Assembly (NCBI GenBank): GCA_903892515.1
Contig: CAITIS010000057.1
Coordinates: forward strand, 143,067 to 207,066
DNA: 64,000 nt
Direction: 5' to 3'
Source of the DNA: an uncultured Planctomycetota bacterium
GTDB lineage: Bacteria; Planctomycetota; Phycisphaerae; SM23-33
The notes beneath the pieces are model-generated. The model searched no databases. It saw nothing but the letters and a program-made list of their open reading frames with translations, and was not told the DNA's origin. Of the stretch, positions 46,968 to 57,399 are shown piece by piece. Every line of letters starts with the position of its first letter. The stretch's first letter is position 1. The position numbers and the translations under genes were made by a program.

Positions 46968-48617
46968 ATGAATAGTGCACTACTAGCCGGCGTTTCGGGT
47001 TTGCAGGCATGTCAGAAGATGCTGGACGTGGCGGGCAACAACCTGGCCAACGTGAACACCAACTCGTTCAAGTCCAGCCGCGTGGTTTTCTCCGACGTGC
47101 TGGGCGAGACCCTGCGCGAGGCATCGGCCCCCACGGCCACCAGCGGCGGCACCAACCCGGTGCAGACGGGCGCCGGCGTACGCGTGGCCGGCGTGGACCG
47201 CAACATGCAGCAGGGCACCATCGTTGACACCGGCCAGCCGCTGGACATGGCCATCGACGGCAACGGGTATTTCGTGCTGAACGATGGCCGGGAGAGCGTG
47301 TACACGCGCGTGGGTTCGTTCGCCGTGGACTCGCAGAACTACCTGGTCGATCCCAGCACGGGCTTTAGGGTGCAGCGGACGGGTTCTGAGGGCGTGGCCG
47401 ACGGCTTCCAGTCCGGCACCAGCACCGACATCCAGATTCCCTACGGCAAGGCCCTGCCGGCCCAGGCCACCAGCAGCGTTACGCTGGCGGGCAACCTCAG
47501 CGGCGATGCCGTGGAGGAGACCACCGCCGTCCTGACGGGCGGCACGCAGTACAAGGCCGGTGGCGTGGTGGCCTCCGGCGCCACGCTGCTGAAAGACCTC
47601 GACGGCGTCGCCACGCTGACCGCCGGCGACAAGATCAACATCACGGGCTCTGCCGCCGACGGCACGGCCGTCAACGTCAGCTACACGATTGCCGACCCGA
47701 CCATCGCCACAGTCGGCGACCTGCTGGCCGCCATCAACGGCGCCTTTACCGGTTCGACCGCGACCATGAGCAACGGCGAATTGACGCTGACCGACAATGC
47801 GGCCGGTTACAGCCAGACGGATATCTCCCTGAGCTACACCGGCGCGGGCAGCTTCACCATGCCGCCGTACTTCAAGATGACCTCGGTGGGCGGCGAGGCC
47901 AACAAGAACGTGGACATCGGCGTGTATGACTCGCAGGGCACGCTGCACACCGCGTCGGCCTCGTTCGTCAAGACCAAGACGCCCAACGAGTGGGACCTGG
48001 TGCTGACCTCGGTGACGGGCGACGTGGCCAATATCGTCGACCGGCGGATTAAGGGCCTGACCTTCCTGACCAATGGAGCCTTTGGCGGCATTGGCGGGGC
48101 CTCGCCGGACAAGAGCTCGCTGACCATCACCTTCGGCAACGAGCCGACCACGCCGCGCGAGGTCCAGTTCAAACTCGGCACGGTGGGCGAGTCCGACGGC
48201 TTGAGCCAGTTTGGCGGCGGCTTCACCGTCGCTCCCAACGGCCAGGACGGGTATGCGGCCGGCTGGCTGTCGGACGTGTCGGTGAACCAGAACGGCGTGC
48301 TGACGGGCGTGTTCACCAACGGCGTCCGCCGCGACCTGGCGGCCCTGCAAATCGCCACCTTCCAGAACCCCGCCGGCCTGAGCAGCACTGGCAACAACTA
48401 TTTCACGACCTCCACCAACTCGGGCGACCCGACGATCAGCAAGGCCCAGGCCGGTTCGGCAGGCTCCTTGCGTGGCGGCGCCCTGGAGAAGAGCAACGTC
48501 GAAATGGCCATCGAGTTTGTGAACCTGATCGAGGCCCAGAGCGGTTTCCAGGCCAACGCCACGACCATCCGCACGACCTCGGAGATGTTGCAGCAACTGT
48601 CCAACCTGATCCGGTAA
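46968..48617 (+). CDS. flgE: Flagellar hook protein
   Basis: GNNLANVNT, DMAIDGNGYF, YTRVG, LEKSNV...QANA. Confidence 0.95.
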   Translation: MNSALLAGVSGLQACQKMLDVAGNNLANVNTNSFKSSRVVFSDVLGETLREASAPTATSGGTNPVQTGAGVRVAGVDRNMQQGTIVDTGQPLDMAIDGNGYFVLNDGRESVYTRVGSFAVDSQNYLVDPSTGFRVQRTGSEGVADGFQSGTSTDIQIPYGKALPAQATSSVTLAGNLSGDAVEETTAVLTGGTQYKAGGVVASGATLLKDLDGVATLTAGDKINITGSAADGTAVNVSYTIADPTIATVGDLLAAINGAFTGSTATMSNGELTLTDNAAGYSQTDISLSYTGAGSFTMPPYFKMTSVGGEANKNVDIGVYDSQGTLHTASASFVKTKTPNEWDLVLTSVTGDVANIVDRRIKGLTFLTNGAFGGIGGASPDKSSLTITFGNEPTTPREVQFKLGTVGESDGLSQFGGGFTVAPNGQDGYAAGWLSDVSVNQNGVLTGVFTNGVRRDLAALQIATFQNPAGLSSTGNNYFTTSTNSGDPTISKAQAGSAGSLRGGALEKSNVEMAIEFVNLIEAQSGFQANATTIRTTSEMLQQLSNLIR

Positions 48618-48633
48618 CACAAGGGTTAACGCG

Positions 48634-49764
48634 ATGTATGGCGTTGTGAACATACTGGCGACTTGGCCGCTGGCTTCCTCGGTGAAAGCCCGCTGGCAAG
48701 GCATGAAGACATGGGCGCCCGATTCGAGCGTGCCGGACTGGCTGATCGTGCTGGGCGTGGCCGTGGTAGGTATCGGGGCCGCCAGCCTGGGTTGGTTCTG
48801 GATCTCCCGGCTGCGGCGCGCGCGGGCGGAGTTCCGCGACAGCGCCGGTAAGATCGGCCTGACCGAGACCGAATGCAAAGCACTGCTGAACCTCGTTCGC
48901 CTGGCCAAGCTGAAGGACCCGCTGGCGATCTTCACCTCCGCCGAGGCGTTTCGCGTCGGCCAGGAAGCGTTCCTCAACAGCCCGTCCATGCAGACGGCCC
49001 CGTCCAACGTCATCGAGGGCACGGGGCGGTTCCTGTCCGGGCTGCGCGAGAAGATGAAGTACGTCCTGTCCGAAGAGGACAGTCGCAGGAGCATCGGCGA
49101 CACGCGGCGGATTCAGCCAGGGGCGACACTGTCGATCCAGACGCCCAAAGGCGCCATGCTGGGCGCCACGTTGCGAATCAACCAGCTTAACGGCCTGGAG
49201 GTCGAGACGGAATCCGCCGGCCCGCTGGCGGTGCGCCAGAACGTAACGGTTCGTTTCGCGGATCCCCTCAGCACGTGGGAGTTCACCAGCGTCGTCACCA
49301 TGGTCAGCGGCACGACGGTGAGGTTGACGCATTCGACTAACTTGCACTTCCTGAGTCGGCGGCGCTACCCGCGCGTGCAGATTCAGCGGCCGGCCAGTGC
49401 GGCCGAGCTTCCGTTTGTAGGCGAGTCGCATCAGCGGCCGGAGTTCGTGCCGGCCGAACTGACGGAAATCGCCGGGCCGGGAATGCGGCTCAAGGCCCCG
49501 CTGCACCCAGCCGTGGGAGACCGGCTGATGGTCGTGGTGAATTTCGATGAAACCAGGAATGTCTCCTCCGTCGGCACCGTTCGGCGGATCGTGTCGGACG
49601 AGCCTGCGGTATGCGAATTCGCTGTCGAACTCAGCGGGCTTAGCCGAGAGGAACTGACCGAACTGGTGCGCGAGACGAATCAGGCGGCGTGCGAGGCGGC
49701 CGGCAAGTCCGGCGCGCCCAAGGTGGAACTTCGACCCAGCCAGGCCGAAGCGGTGAGGAGTTAG
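48634..49764 (+). CDS. Membrane-anchored PilZ-domain protein (YcgR/flagellar-brake-like)
   Basis: N-terminal TM; RRRYPRV followed by EIAGPGM; lies between flgE and flgF. Confidence 0.7.
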   Translation: MYGVVNILATWPLASSVKARWQGMKTWAPDSSVPDWLIVLGVAVVGIGAASLGWFWISRLRRARAEFRDSAGKIGLTETECKALLNLVRLAKLKDPLAIFTSAEAFRVGQEAFLNSPSMQTAPSNVIEGTGRFLSGLREKMKYVLSEEDSRRSIGDTRRIQPGATLSIQTPKGAMLGATLRINQLNGLEVETESAGPLAVRQNVTVRFADPLSTWEFTSVVTMVSGTTVRLTHSTNLHFLSRRRYPRVQIQRPASAAELPFVGESHQRPEFVPAELTEIAGPGMRLKAPLHPAVGDRLMVVVNFDETRNVSSVGTVRRIVSDEPAVCEFAVELSGLSREELTELVRETNQAACEAAGKSGAPKVELRPSQAEAVRS

Positions 49765-49765
49765 C

Positions 49766-50485
49766 ATGGCCGACATGATCCAGTCCGTCGGGCCGGCGCT
49801 GCAGGCGTTGAGCCAGCAGTTTGACACCATCACCCAGAACTTGGCCAACACCAGCACCATCGGCTACAAGCGGGCCCGCACCTCCTTGGTGCAGAGCCTC
49901 ACCGACGACATGGCGGCGGGCGCGCCCGCCGGCAGCGTGACGGGGCTGGGCGGCATCGACTTTTCTCCGGGCAGTCTGGCCCAGACCGGCGCCCCGCTGG
50001 ACCTGGCCATCGAAGGCAAGGGCTTCTTCGTCATCGAGACGCCGCAGGGCAAGCGGTACACCCGCAACGGCAGCTTTCGCCTGGGCCCCACCGGGCAGCT
50101 CGTGGATTCACTGGGCGAGATGGTCGGCGGCGAGGACGGAGCTTTGACCATCCCCCCTGGCACGCCGGTTTCGAAGATCAGCGTCTCGCGCGACGGCGTG
50201 ATCATGGCCGACAAGGCCAAGGTGGGCAAGCTGTCGATCGTGGACTTTACCGATCCCAAGGTGCTGCAAAACGTGGGCGGCGGCTTCTTCACTGCCCCCA
50301 GCTCCGCCGACCCGATCACGACAAAAGCCGTGCTTCATCAGGGCTACCAGGAGTCATCCAACGTCAACGGCGTGGAGGAACTGGTGGGGCTCATCACGGT
50401 TTCGCGGATGTACGAAGCGAACATTCACATGTTGCAGACCAATGACGACGGCAGCAAGAACCTGCTGAAGTTGGCCATGGAGTAG
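49766..50485 (+). CDS. flgF: Flagellar basal-body rod protein
   Basis: QNLANTSTIGYK, DLAIEGKGFF, YTRNG, ESSNVN, RMYEAN. Confidence 0.88.
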   Translation: MADMIQSVGPALQALSQQFDTITQNLANTSTIGYKRARTSLVQSLTDDMAAGAPAGSVTGLGGIDFSPGSLAQTGAPLDLAIEGKGFFVIETPQGKRYTRNGSFRLGPTGQLVDSLGEMVGGEDGALTIPPGTPVSKISVSRDGVIMADKAKVGKLSIVDFTDPKVLQNVGGGFFTAPSSADPITTKAVLHQGYQESSNVNGVEELVGLITVSRMYEANIHMLQTNDDGSKNLLKLAME

Positions 50486-50583
50486 CTGCGTGACGCGGGT
50501 TCTTGCCCGCGCGTGGTCCACAGCTGAGGGCGGCTGTGCCACGAAACACAGTCGAGCGTGGCTGTGCTACCAAGGAGATTGCG

Positions 50584-51372
50584 ATGTTGAGAGCGTTTTC
50601 GACGGCCGCTACGGGCATGACCGCCCAGCAGATGATCGTGGACACGATCGCCAACAACCTGGCGAACATGAACACGGTGGGCTTCAAACGCAGCCAGGTC
50701 GATTTTCAGGACCTTATGTATCTCAAGCTGCAGGAGGCCGGGCGCGAGGTGGCGTCGGGCGTGACCGCCCCGACTGGCTTTGAGGTCGGCAGCGGCGTCC
50801 GTCCGGCCTCGACCTTGAAGGTGTACACGCAGGGCGAGATGGACAACACCGGGCGAGACTTGGACATCGCCATCGAGGGCGACGGGTTCATCCAGGTGAG
50901 CAATCCCGGCGGCGGCACGCGGTACACGCGCGACGGCAGCCTGCGGATCAATGCCACCGGCAACCTGGTGACCAGTTCGGGCTATATCGTCGAACCGGCT
51001 ATCACCATTCCGGTCAATGCCCGCTCGATTAGCATCGGCAAGGACGGCACCATTTCGGTCTTCACTGACCAGAACACTACGGCCACCACGGTTGGCACGT
51101 TGACGCTGGCGCGTTTTCCCAATCCATCGGGCCTGTCCAATGAGGGTGGAAACTTGCTGGTTGAGACGCCGGCCAGCGGCACGCCGACCATGGGCACGGC
51201 TGGGCAAACCGGTATCGGCACCATCCAGCAAGGGTTCCTGGAGCGGTCCAACGTCCAGATGGTGACCGAGCTGGTGAACATGATTACGGCCCAGCGGGCG
51301 TACGAGATCAACTCGCGGGCCATCACCGCCGGCGATCAGATGCTCCAGACGGCCAATCGGCTGGGAATGTGA
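50584..51372 (+). CDS. flgG: Flagellar distal rod protein
   Basis: ATGMTAQQ...ANNLANMNTVGFK, YTRDG, LERSNVQMVTELV, QRAYEINS. Confidence 0.95.
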   Translation: MLRAFSTAATGMTAQQMIVDTIANNLANMNTVGFKRSQVDFQDLMYLKLQEAGREVASGVTAPTGFEVGSGVRPASTLKVYTQGEMDNTGRDLDIAIEGDGFIQVSNPGGGTRYTRDGSLRINATGNLVTSSGYIVEPAITIPVNARSISIGKDGTISVFTDQNTTATTVGTLTLARFPNPSGLSNEGGNLLVETPASGTPTMGTAGQTGIGTIQQGFLERSNVQMVTELVNMITAQRAYEINSRAITAGDQMLQTANRLGM

Positions 51373-51633
51373 TGTAGTGTCAGACAGGAATCTTAGAACG
51401 GTGAATTGCAGAACAGCGCTGCTGCTGCCGTGTAACAGGCCGGCCCTTCAGGGCCGGTACCAAAGACGCCCCCACCCCCTGCCCCTCCCCCGCGGGGGCG
51501 AGGCTCGACGGGCGAGGTGGTCGTGTTGCCGCGGGGGAGGGGTGAAGAAGGACGCTGGCAATGAACCCCGGCTAAAGCCGGGGCCTGTTACACGACGGCG
51601 GAAGGTTGAGACGCTGGGGTGCTGCACAAGGAC

Positions 51634-52635
51634 ATGATTATGAAACGAAACATCACAGGGATCGTGCTGGTGCTGGCGGGCTTGGCGGCGATGGCCGGGG
51701 CTGCCGATCAGCCGACCGTAAAGATTTACGTGCCGCGCAACGTCACCGTCAACGGCGGGGCCATGTCGCTGGGCACGCTGGTCATGGTCGAGTGCGAGGA
51801 CCCGGCCTTGGCGGCCAAGGCGTCGGCGGTGGAGATGGGTCGGCTGCCCCAGCCGGGCGAGACGATCCCGATCAACCGCACCACGATTCTGTCGCGCCTG
51901 GCCTCCTGCGGCATCGAGACCGCACACGTCACGATCAGCGGGGCCGACGCCGTCAGCGTCGGCATTCAGCAGGCCACCATCACGCCCGAGCAGTTTATGC
52001 ACTCCGCCGATGCCTACCTGGCCGTCAACGCCCCCAACAAGGACAGCATTCACTGGCGTTGCACCCAGCCGCCCGGCGAGCTGGTGCTGGGCCTGCCGCA
52101 GGACGTCCAGCTCGAGGCGAAGATCCTCACCGATGCGTCCTTGGTCTCAGCTTTGAAGGTCCAGGTCCGCGTGCTGAGCGGCGGCAAGGAAGTGGCGACG
52201 CGCGAGTTCTATTACAAGCCCATGTACCTGAGCCGCCGGGCCGTGGCCAAGGAGACGCTTACCGCCGGCAGCATCCTGTGCGACGCCAACATCACGATGG
52301 AAACGGCAGAGGCCGAAACTAAGGCCGCCGAGGATGACGTGCCGGTGCTGGGCTCAGCGGCGGTGCGGACGATCCAGGCTGGCGAAGTCATCCACACCAG
52401 CATGACGACAACCAAGCGGCCCAATCCCAAGGAACTGCTGGTGCGCTGCAATCAGCCGGTTTCGATCCGGCTGGCGGGGGCGGGCTTTGCCCTGTCGGCG
52501 CTGGGCACGGCCTTGCAGGATGGCCGGGTCGGCGACCTGGTAAAAGTCCGCAACTCAGACACGCAGCGAATCATTACGGCCCGCGTGACGCCCCAGGGCA
52601 ACGTGGAACCGATTATCGAGGAGGCATGCAAATGA
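51634..52635 (+). CDS. flgA: P-ring assembly chaperone
   Basis: Signal peptide; C-terminal ALQDGRVGDLVKVRNSDT. Confidence 0.88.
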   Translation: MIMKRNITGIVLVLAGLAAMAGAADQPTVKIYVPRNVTVNGGAMSLGTLVMVECEDPALAAKASAVEMGRLPQPGETIPINRTTILSRLASCGIETAHVTISGADAVSVGIQQATITPEQFMHSADAYLAVNAPNKDSIHWRCTQPPGELVLGLPQDVQLEAKILTDASLVSALKVQVRVLSGGKEVATREFYYKPMYLSRRAVAKETLTAGSILCDANITMETAEAETKAAEDDVPVLGSAAVRTIQAGEVIHTSMTTTKRPNPKELLVRCNQPVSIRLAGAGFALSALGTALQDGRVGDLVKVRNSDTQRIITARVTPQGNVEPIIEEACK

Positions 52636-53246
52636 AGATCATTCTGGCATTGACGATGGCAGCGGCATTGGCGGTGGGTCAGACGGCGCGGGCGGATTCT
52701 ATCTGGCTGAGGGCGACGGCCGCGGCCGTGAGCCCGACCTCCGACAACACGGCCCGGCGCGTCGGCGACACCATCAGCATCGTGGTCAACGAGCGCAGCG
52801 TCATCAACAACAACGCCGAGCGGAACATGGAGAAGAAGTCCGACCGCTCGCTCAAGACCGCCGGCAACGTGCAGTGGAGCGGATCCAACACCCAGGCAGT
52901 GGGCTATAGCGCCGACATGAGCAGCTCGGGCGACACGAAATTCGACGGCACGGCCAAGTATCAGAATGACCGGCAGGTGACGGACACCGTTACGGTCACC
53001 GTCGAAGATGTGCTGCCCAACGGCAACTTAGTGGTGCTGGGCTGGCGGCAACGCGACATCGACGGCGACAAGGAACTCATCCAGATCAGCGGCATCGTCC
53101 GGCCCATCGACGTGAGCTTTGAAAACATGGTCCGCAGCGATCAGGTGGCCGACTTCCGCATGGTCTACCACTACAAGGGCAGGGATTCCAACTTCACCAA
53201 ACCCAACTGGCTGGACTCGATCTTGAACGTAATCAGCCCGTTCTAG
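52632..53246 (+). CDS. flgH: Flagellar L-ring protein
   Basis: ARRVGDTISIVVNE, VLPNGNLVVLG, SGIVRPIDV, SDQVAD. Confidence 0.92.
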   Translation: MKIILALTMAAALAVGQTARADSIWLRATAAAVSPTSDNTARRVGDTISIVVNERSVINNNAERNMEKKSDRSLKTAGNVQWSGSNTQAVGYSADMSSSGDTKFDGTAKYQNDRQVTDTVTVTVEDVLPNGNLVVLGWRQRDIDGDKELIQISGIVRPIDVSFENMVRSDQVADFRMVYHYKGRDSNFTKPNWLDSILNVISPF

Positions 53247-53355
53247 AGTTGGTTTCATAACTGTGGCACGGGCGTCCCGCCCGTGAGTAAGCATCGTCAA
53301 GGAAGCGGAACAACTCATGGGCGAGACGCCCATGTCACATGATCAGCCCGTTCTA
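53247..53355. mobile_element. REP doublet inserted with a 14-bp direct repeat of the flgH 3' end
   Basis: ATCAGCCCGTTCTA at 53232-53245 and 53342-53355 flank GGCACGGGCGTCCCGCCCGTG / CATGGGCGAGACGCCCATG. Confidence 0.65.
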
Positions 53356-53429
53356 ACGGCGGTTGCAGCAGGCTTTGAGGCCTGGCACGGGCACGGCATG
53401 GAAGGCTGTGCCAAGGAAGGCAGGACGTG

Positions 53430-54524
53430 ATGCGACGGATCGCAGTACTGACGATGCTGGTGGCCGCGATGTTGAGCGGGCAGGCCCGCGGCGAGCGGAT
53501 CAAGGACATCGTGGACATTCTGGGCATCCGGTCCAACCCGCTGTGGGGGTATGGCCTGGTGATCGGGCTCAACGCCACGGGCGACAACTCCAAGGCCAGC
53601 CAGCGCGCCTTGGCCAATACTTTGCGGCGGACAGGCCTGATCCTGACACCTGACGATGTGAGCAGTAAGAATATCGCCAGCGTGCTGGTCATGGCCGATC
53701 TGCCGCCCTTTGCCCGCGTCGGCGGCACCATCGACGTGAATGTCTCGACCGTGGGCAACTGCTCGGGCTTGCAGGGCGGCACGCTGCTGATGACGCCCCT
53801 GATGGGCGCCGACGGCCAAGTGTACGCCGTGGCCCAGGGGCCCGTGAGCGTGGGCGGGGCCTTCTCGGTGACGGGCCAGTCCGCCACGGTGACGAAGAAT
53901 CACACCACGGCCGGCACGATTCCCGGCGGGGCCACCGTCGAACGCGAAGAAATCGCCACCTTCATCAAGAATGGCCAGCTCGCCCTGCAGCTGCGCAACG
54001 CCGACTTCAGCACCTCCGAGCGCATCGCCCAGGAGATCAACAAGGAAATCCCCAACGCGGCCTATCCGGTCGATTCAGCCTCGATCAAAGTCGATCTGCC
54101 CAAGGGCATGACGCCGGCGCAGGTGCCCGGCTTCATCGACCGCATCACCAACCTCAGCGTGCAGGTCGATTACGTGGCCACGGTGGTCGTCAACGAGCGG
54201 ACGGGCACGGTCGTGGTCGGCGAGAACGTGGGTATTTCGACGGTGGCGATCTCGCACGGCAATCTCTCGATCATTACTCAGGAAAAGGACATGGTCAGCC
54301 AGGCCAACCCGTTCTCTGAGCGGGGCAAGACCGAGAAGGTCCACCGCACGGACATTTCGGCCAATGAGCAAGGCGGCTCGATGCACGTGATGCAGCGGCA
54401 GGTGTCGGTGGCGGAGTTGGCGCGAGCCCTGAACGCGATGGGCCTGAGCCCGCGCGACATCGTGGCGATTTTCGAGGCGCTGCGTCAGGCCGGGGCGCTG
54501 CAGGCACAGCTCAAGGTCATCTAG
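53430..54524 (+). CDS. flgI: Flagellar P-ring protein
   Basis: RIKDI, GYGLVIGLNATGD, LQGGTLLMTPL, NERTGTVV, AGALQA. Confidence 0.96.
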   Translation: MRRIAVLTMLVAAMLSGQARGERIKDIVDILGIRSNPLWGYGLVIGLNATGDNSKASQRALANTLRRTGLILTPDDVSSKNIASVLVMADLPPFARVGGTIDVNVSTVGNCSGLQGGTLLMTPLMGADGQVYAVAQGPVSVGGAFSVTGQSATVTKNHTTAGTIPGGATVEREEIATFIKNGQLALQLRNADFSTSERIAQEINKEIPNAAYPVDSASIKVDLPKGMTPAQVPGFIDRITNLSVQVDYVATVVVNERTGTVVVGENVGISTVAISHGNLSIITQEKDMVSQANPFSERGKTEKVHRTDISANEQGGSMHVMQRQVSVAELARALNAMGLSPRDIVAIFEALRQAGALQAQLKVI

Positions 54525-54532
54525 GAGATCTC

Positions 54533-54910
54533 ATGAGCGGACTATCCATCGGTGCTCTAAATCCTGTCTCGCCGGCGACGGACCTGCCAAACCTGGCGGC
54601 GCCTCAACCCTCGGCCCCCAGCAAGATGCCGCTGGACGCCAAGGCCATGGACGCGGCCAAGAAGTTCGAGTCGGTCCTCGTCAACCGCCTGGCCCAGGAA
54701 ATGAAACGCACCATTCCCCAGTCCGGGCTGTTGAACACTTCGGCCACCGACCAGTACCAGGACATGTTCTGGAGCCAGTTGGCTGACGAGATCGGCAAGA
54801 AGGGCGGCCTGGGCCTGGCCAAGCAGATCTACAAGCAGATCGCCAAGACTGACGCTTCAGCCGGAGCGGACGGGACCTCGGCCACAGAGATGCTGGGAAC
54901 GCTGAAATGA
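54533..54910 (+). CDS. flgJ: Rod-binding protein (FlgJ N-terminal domain only, no muramidase)
   Basis: AAKKFESVLV...MKRT, GGLGLAKQIYKQ. Confidence 0.82.
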   Translation: MSGLSIGALNPVSPATDLPNLAAPQPSAPSKMPLDAKAMDAAKKFESVLVNRLAQEMKRTIPQSGLLNTSATDQYQDMFWSQLADEIGKKGGLGLAKQIYKQIAKTDASAGADGTSATEMLGTLK

Positions 54911-55425
54911 TTATGCCGCGCACCATATCGCCCCAGGCGGTCGATGACCTGCTGCGGGCGCTGGATGACGAGATCGCATTGCTGCGGGAGCGGCGCGGGC
55001 TGCTGGTGCAGCTGTACGATGCCACCATTGGCCGCAATGACCGCGTGATGGAGTCGCTGCTGCTCGCGATGGAGCAGGTCGAGAAGCGGCAGCTGCAGAC
55101 GGATCGAATTCTGCAACTCTTGCGGCGGCGATTGGCTGCGGAGATGCCCTGCGCCCAGGAGGAGTTTGGGCTGTCAAAGCTGGCCAAGGCGCTGAGCGAC
55201 GAGCAGGCGGCGTCGGTGCGGGACAAGCGCGAGCAGATCATAGCCCTGGTAGGCCACGTGCGCCAGGAGCATCTTCGGACGAGTCTGTTGGTGGCGGAGT
55301 GCGCCCGCATCAATCGCACGTTGCTGGGGGCGTTGTTCCCCGGCGACCAATCCTGTGTCACGTATGGCGCGGGCGGCACGAGCGTCTGGAAGGGCTCGGC
55401 CACCCTCTTGGATACGGAACGCTAA
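54907..55425 (+). CDS. flgN: FlgN-like export chaperone
   Basis: Coiled-coil protein between flgJ and flgK, C-terminal TYGAGG. Confidence 0.7.
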   Translation: MIMPRTISPQAVDDLLRALDDEIALLRERRGLLVQLYDATIGRNDRVMESLLLAMEQVEKRQLQTDRILQLLRRRLAAEMPCAQEEFGLSKLAKALSDEQAASVRDKREQIIALVGHVRQEHLRTSLLVAECARINRTLLGALFPGDQSCVTYGAGGTSVWKGSATLLDTER

Positions 55426-57384
55426 ATGAGCGGTTTTTCCATCGGCATTTCGGGTTTGTCCGTCGCCCAGGGCGCTATCGACCTGATCGGCACGAACATG
55501 GCCAACGCCACCACCGAAGGCTACCACCGGCAGGACCCGGTAATCTCGTCGCTGGACTTTGCCACTGGCAAGGTGGTTTCCGGCGGCGGCGCCGAGATCA
55601 CGGCCGTGACGCGTTCGGTGGACAAACTGCTGGAACTGGAGATCACGCGCCAGCAGACCTCGCAGGCGCAGACGAGCGAGGAACTCGAGAGTCTCCAGAC
55701 CATCGAGTCTGCCTTTGGCGACATGCAGACCAATAAGCTTGATGCCGCCATCGGCACGTTCTTCGAGGCCCTGCGGCAGTTGGCGGCCCAGCCCGACAGC
55801 CAGCCCTTGCAGCAGCAGGCGGTATGGGACGCCGACGCGGTGACGCAGCAGTTCCACACCATGTCGACGTTTCTGTCCGACCTTGCCGCCAGCACCAGCG
55901 CCAAGCTGCCCGACCTGGTTACGCAGGTCAACGACCTGGCCAATCGCGTGGCCAGTTTGAATCAGCAGCTCAACAGCATGGGCATAAAGGGCGCTTCGGC
56001 CAATCTGCTGCGCGACCAGCGTGACCAGGCGGTGCAGGATCTTGGCAAGCTGTGCGAGATCCAGACGGTGGTCCGGCCCGGCGAAGAGGCCGTTGACGTG
56101 ATCGCCTGGGGCGTGCCGCTGGTTTCGGGAGCCATCGCCTGGAATCTGTCGGCCGGCGTGGACCGCCAGACCGGCGAAATGAACGTGCAAATCAAGAGCA
56201 GCGCCAGCATCATCAATAATCCGGTCGGCGGCCAGATCGGCGGGCTGTTGACCGTACACAACAAGGATCTGGTGGATCTGCAGAGCCAGCTGGACAAGGC
56301 CTGCCAGGCCATCATGGACGGCGTGAACGAGCAGCACGCCCAGGGCACCAGCGCCGATGGTCCTTTCACCGACCTGCTGGGCGTTGCCCGACTGCCGGGT
56401 GCGATTGGCTCGTGGGCCGACGATGTCCAGGCTGGTACGCTGTACGTTCGCGTGGTGGACAAGACCACCGGCGGGTCTGCGCGCACCGCCATTGCGATCG
56501 ACCCGGCCACTGACACCATGGCGAGCGTGGCGGCCAAGATCGACGCCCTGGACCACGTGCAGGCGTCGGTCAGCGGCGGGGCGTTGCACATCCAGGCCGA
56601 CCTGGGGTATGGCTTTGACTTCATGCCCGCGCTGGACGGCGGGCCTTACCACGACAACCTCTCGGGCACGTCCAAGGCCACGGTCAGCGGCCAGTACGCC
56701 GGCCAGAGCAACGAGTTGTTCAGCTGCACCGTCAAGGGCTCGGGAGATGCGAGCGTGACGGGCGGCCTGAGCTTGGAGGTCAAGAACCAGGCTGGCGACA
56801 TCATCAAGACCTTCGTTGTCGGCCAAGGGTATGCCGCGGGCGATCCGCTGGACCTTGCCAACGGCGTGGTGCTGTCGCTGTCGAGCGGCACGCTGAACAA
56901 TGGCGACACGTTCACGGTTCAGGCCCTGGCCACGTCGGACGAGGCGGGCTTTCTGGCGGCGGCCGGGCTGAACGCATTCTTCGTGGGCAACTCGGCCGCG
57001 TCGGTGGCGGTGCGGCCTGACCTGCTGCGCGATCCGAGCCAATTGGCCGTGAACATGCAGTCAAACACGGACGGCGGCAATGCCGCCGCGCTGGCGGCTG
57101 TGGGCGACAAGGCCATGGACAGCCTGGGCGGATTGGACTGTCGCGAGTACGTGCGGCAGTTCATTACGGGCATCGGCCAGAAGATCTCCGGGCTGCTGAG
57201 CCGCCAGACCGGCACCGAGGCCGTGCTGAATATGCTGGCCTCCCAGAGGGAAGGCGTCAGCGTCGTGGATGTCAACGAAGAGGCCGCCAAGCTGATGGCC
57301 TTCCAGCGCATGTACCAGGCGATGGCCAAGCTGATCGGCGCCCAGGACAACATGCTGCAGGTGCTGGTCGAGACGGTCCGGTAG
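55426..57384 (+). CDS. flgK: Hook-associated protein 1
   Basis: NMANATTEGYHRQ, LRDQRD, VDVNEEAAKLMAFQRMYQA. Confidence 0.95.
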   Translation: MSGFSIGISGLSVAQGAIDLIGTNMANATTEGYHRQDPVISSLDFATGKVVSGGGAEITAVTRSVDKLLELEITRQQTSQAQTSEELESLQTIESAFGDMQTNKLDAAIGTFFEALRQLAAQPDSQPLQQQAVWDADAVTQQFHTMSTFLSDLAASTSAKLPDLVTQVNDLANRVASLNQQLNSMGIKGASANLLRDQRDQAVQDLGKLCEIQTVVRPGEEAVDVIAWGVPLVSGAIAWNLSAGVDRQTGEMNVQIKSSASIINNPVGGQIGGLLTVHNKDLVDLQSQLDKACQAIMDGVNEQHAQGTSADGPFTDLLGVARLPGAIGSWADDVQAGTLYVRVVDKTTGGSARTAIAIDPATDTMASVAAKIDALDHVQASVSGGALHIQADLGYGFDFMPALDGGPYHDNLSGTSKATVSGQYAGQSNELFSCTVKGSGDASVTGGLSLEVKNQAGDIIKTFVVGQGYAAGDPLDLANGVVLSLSSGTLNNGDTFTVQALATSDEAGFLAAAGLNAFFVGNSAASVAVRPDLLRDPSQLAVNMQSNTDGGNAAALAAVGDKAMDSLGGLDCREYVRQFITGIGQKISGLLSRQTGTEAVLNMLASQREGVSVVDVNEEAAKLMAFQRMYQAMAKLIGAQDNMLQVLVETVR

Positions 57385-57399
57385 CACCAGGAGAAGCCG

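Noticed and set aside
46983-49103. Long antisense ORFs (also 55174-57042, 11569-13008, 24430-25821, 16090-17508 and others)
   Set aside because: These are shadow frames typical of high-GC coding DNA opposite well-identified genes
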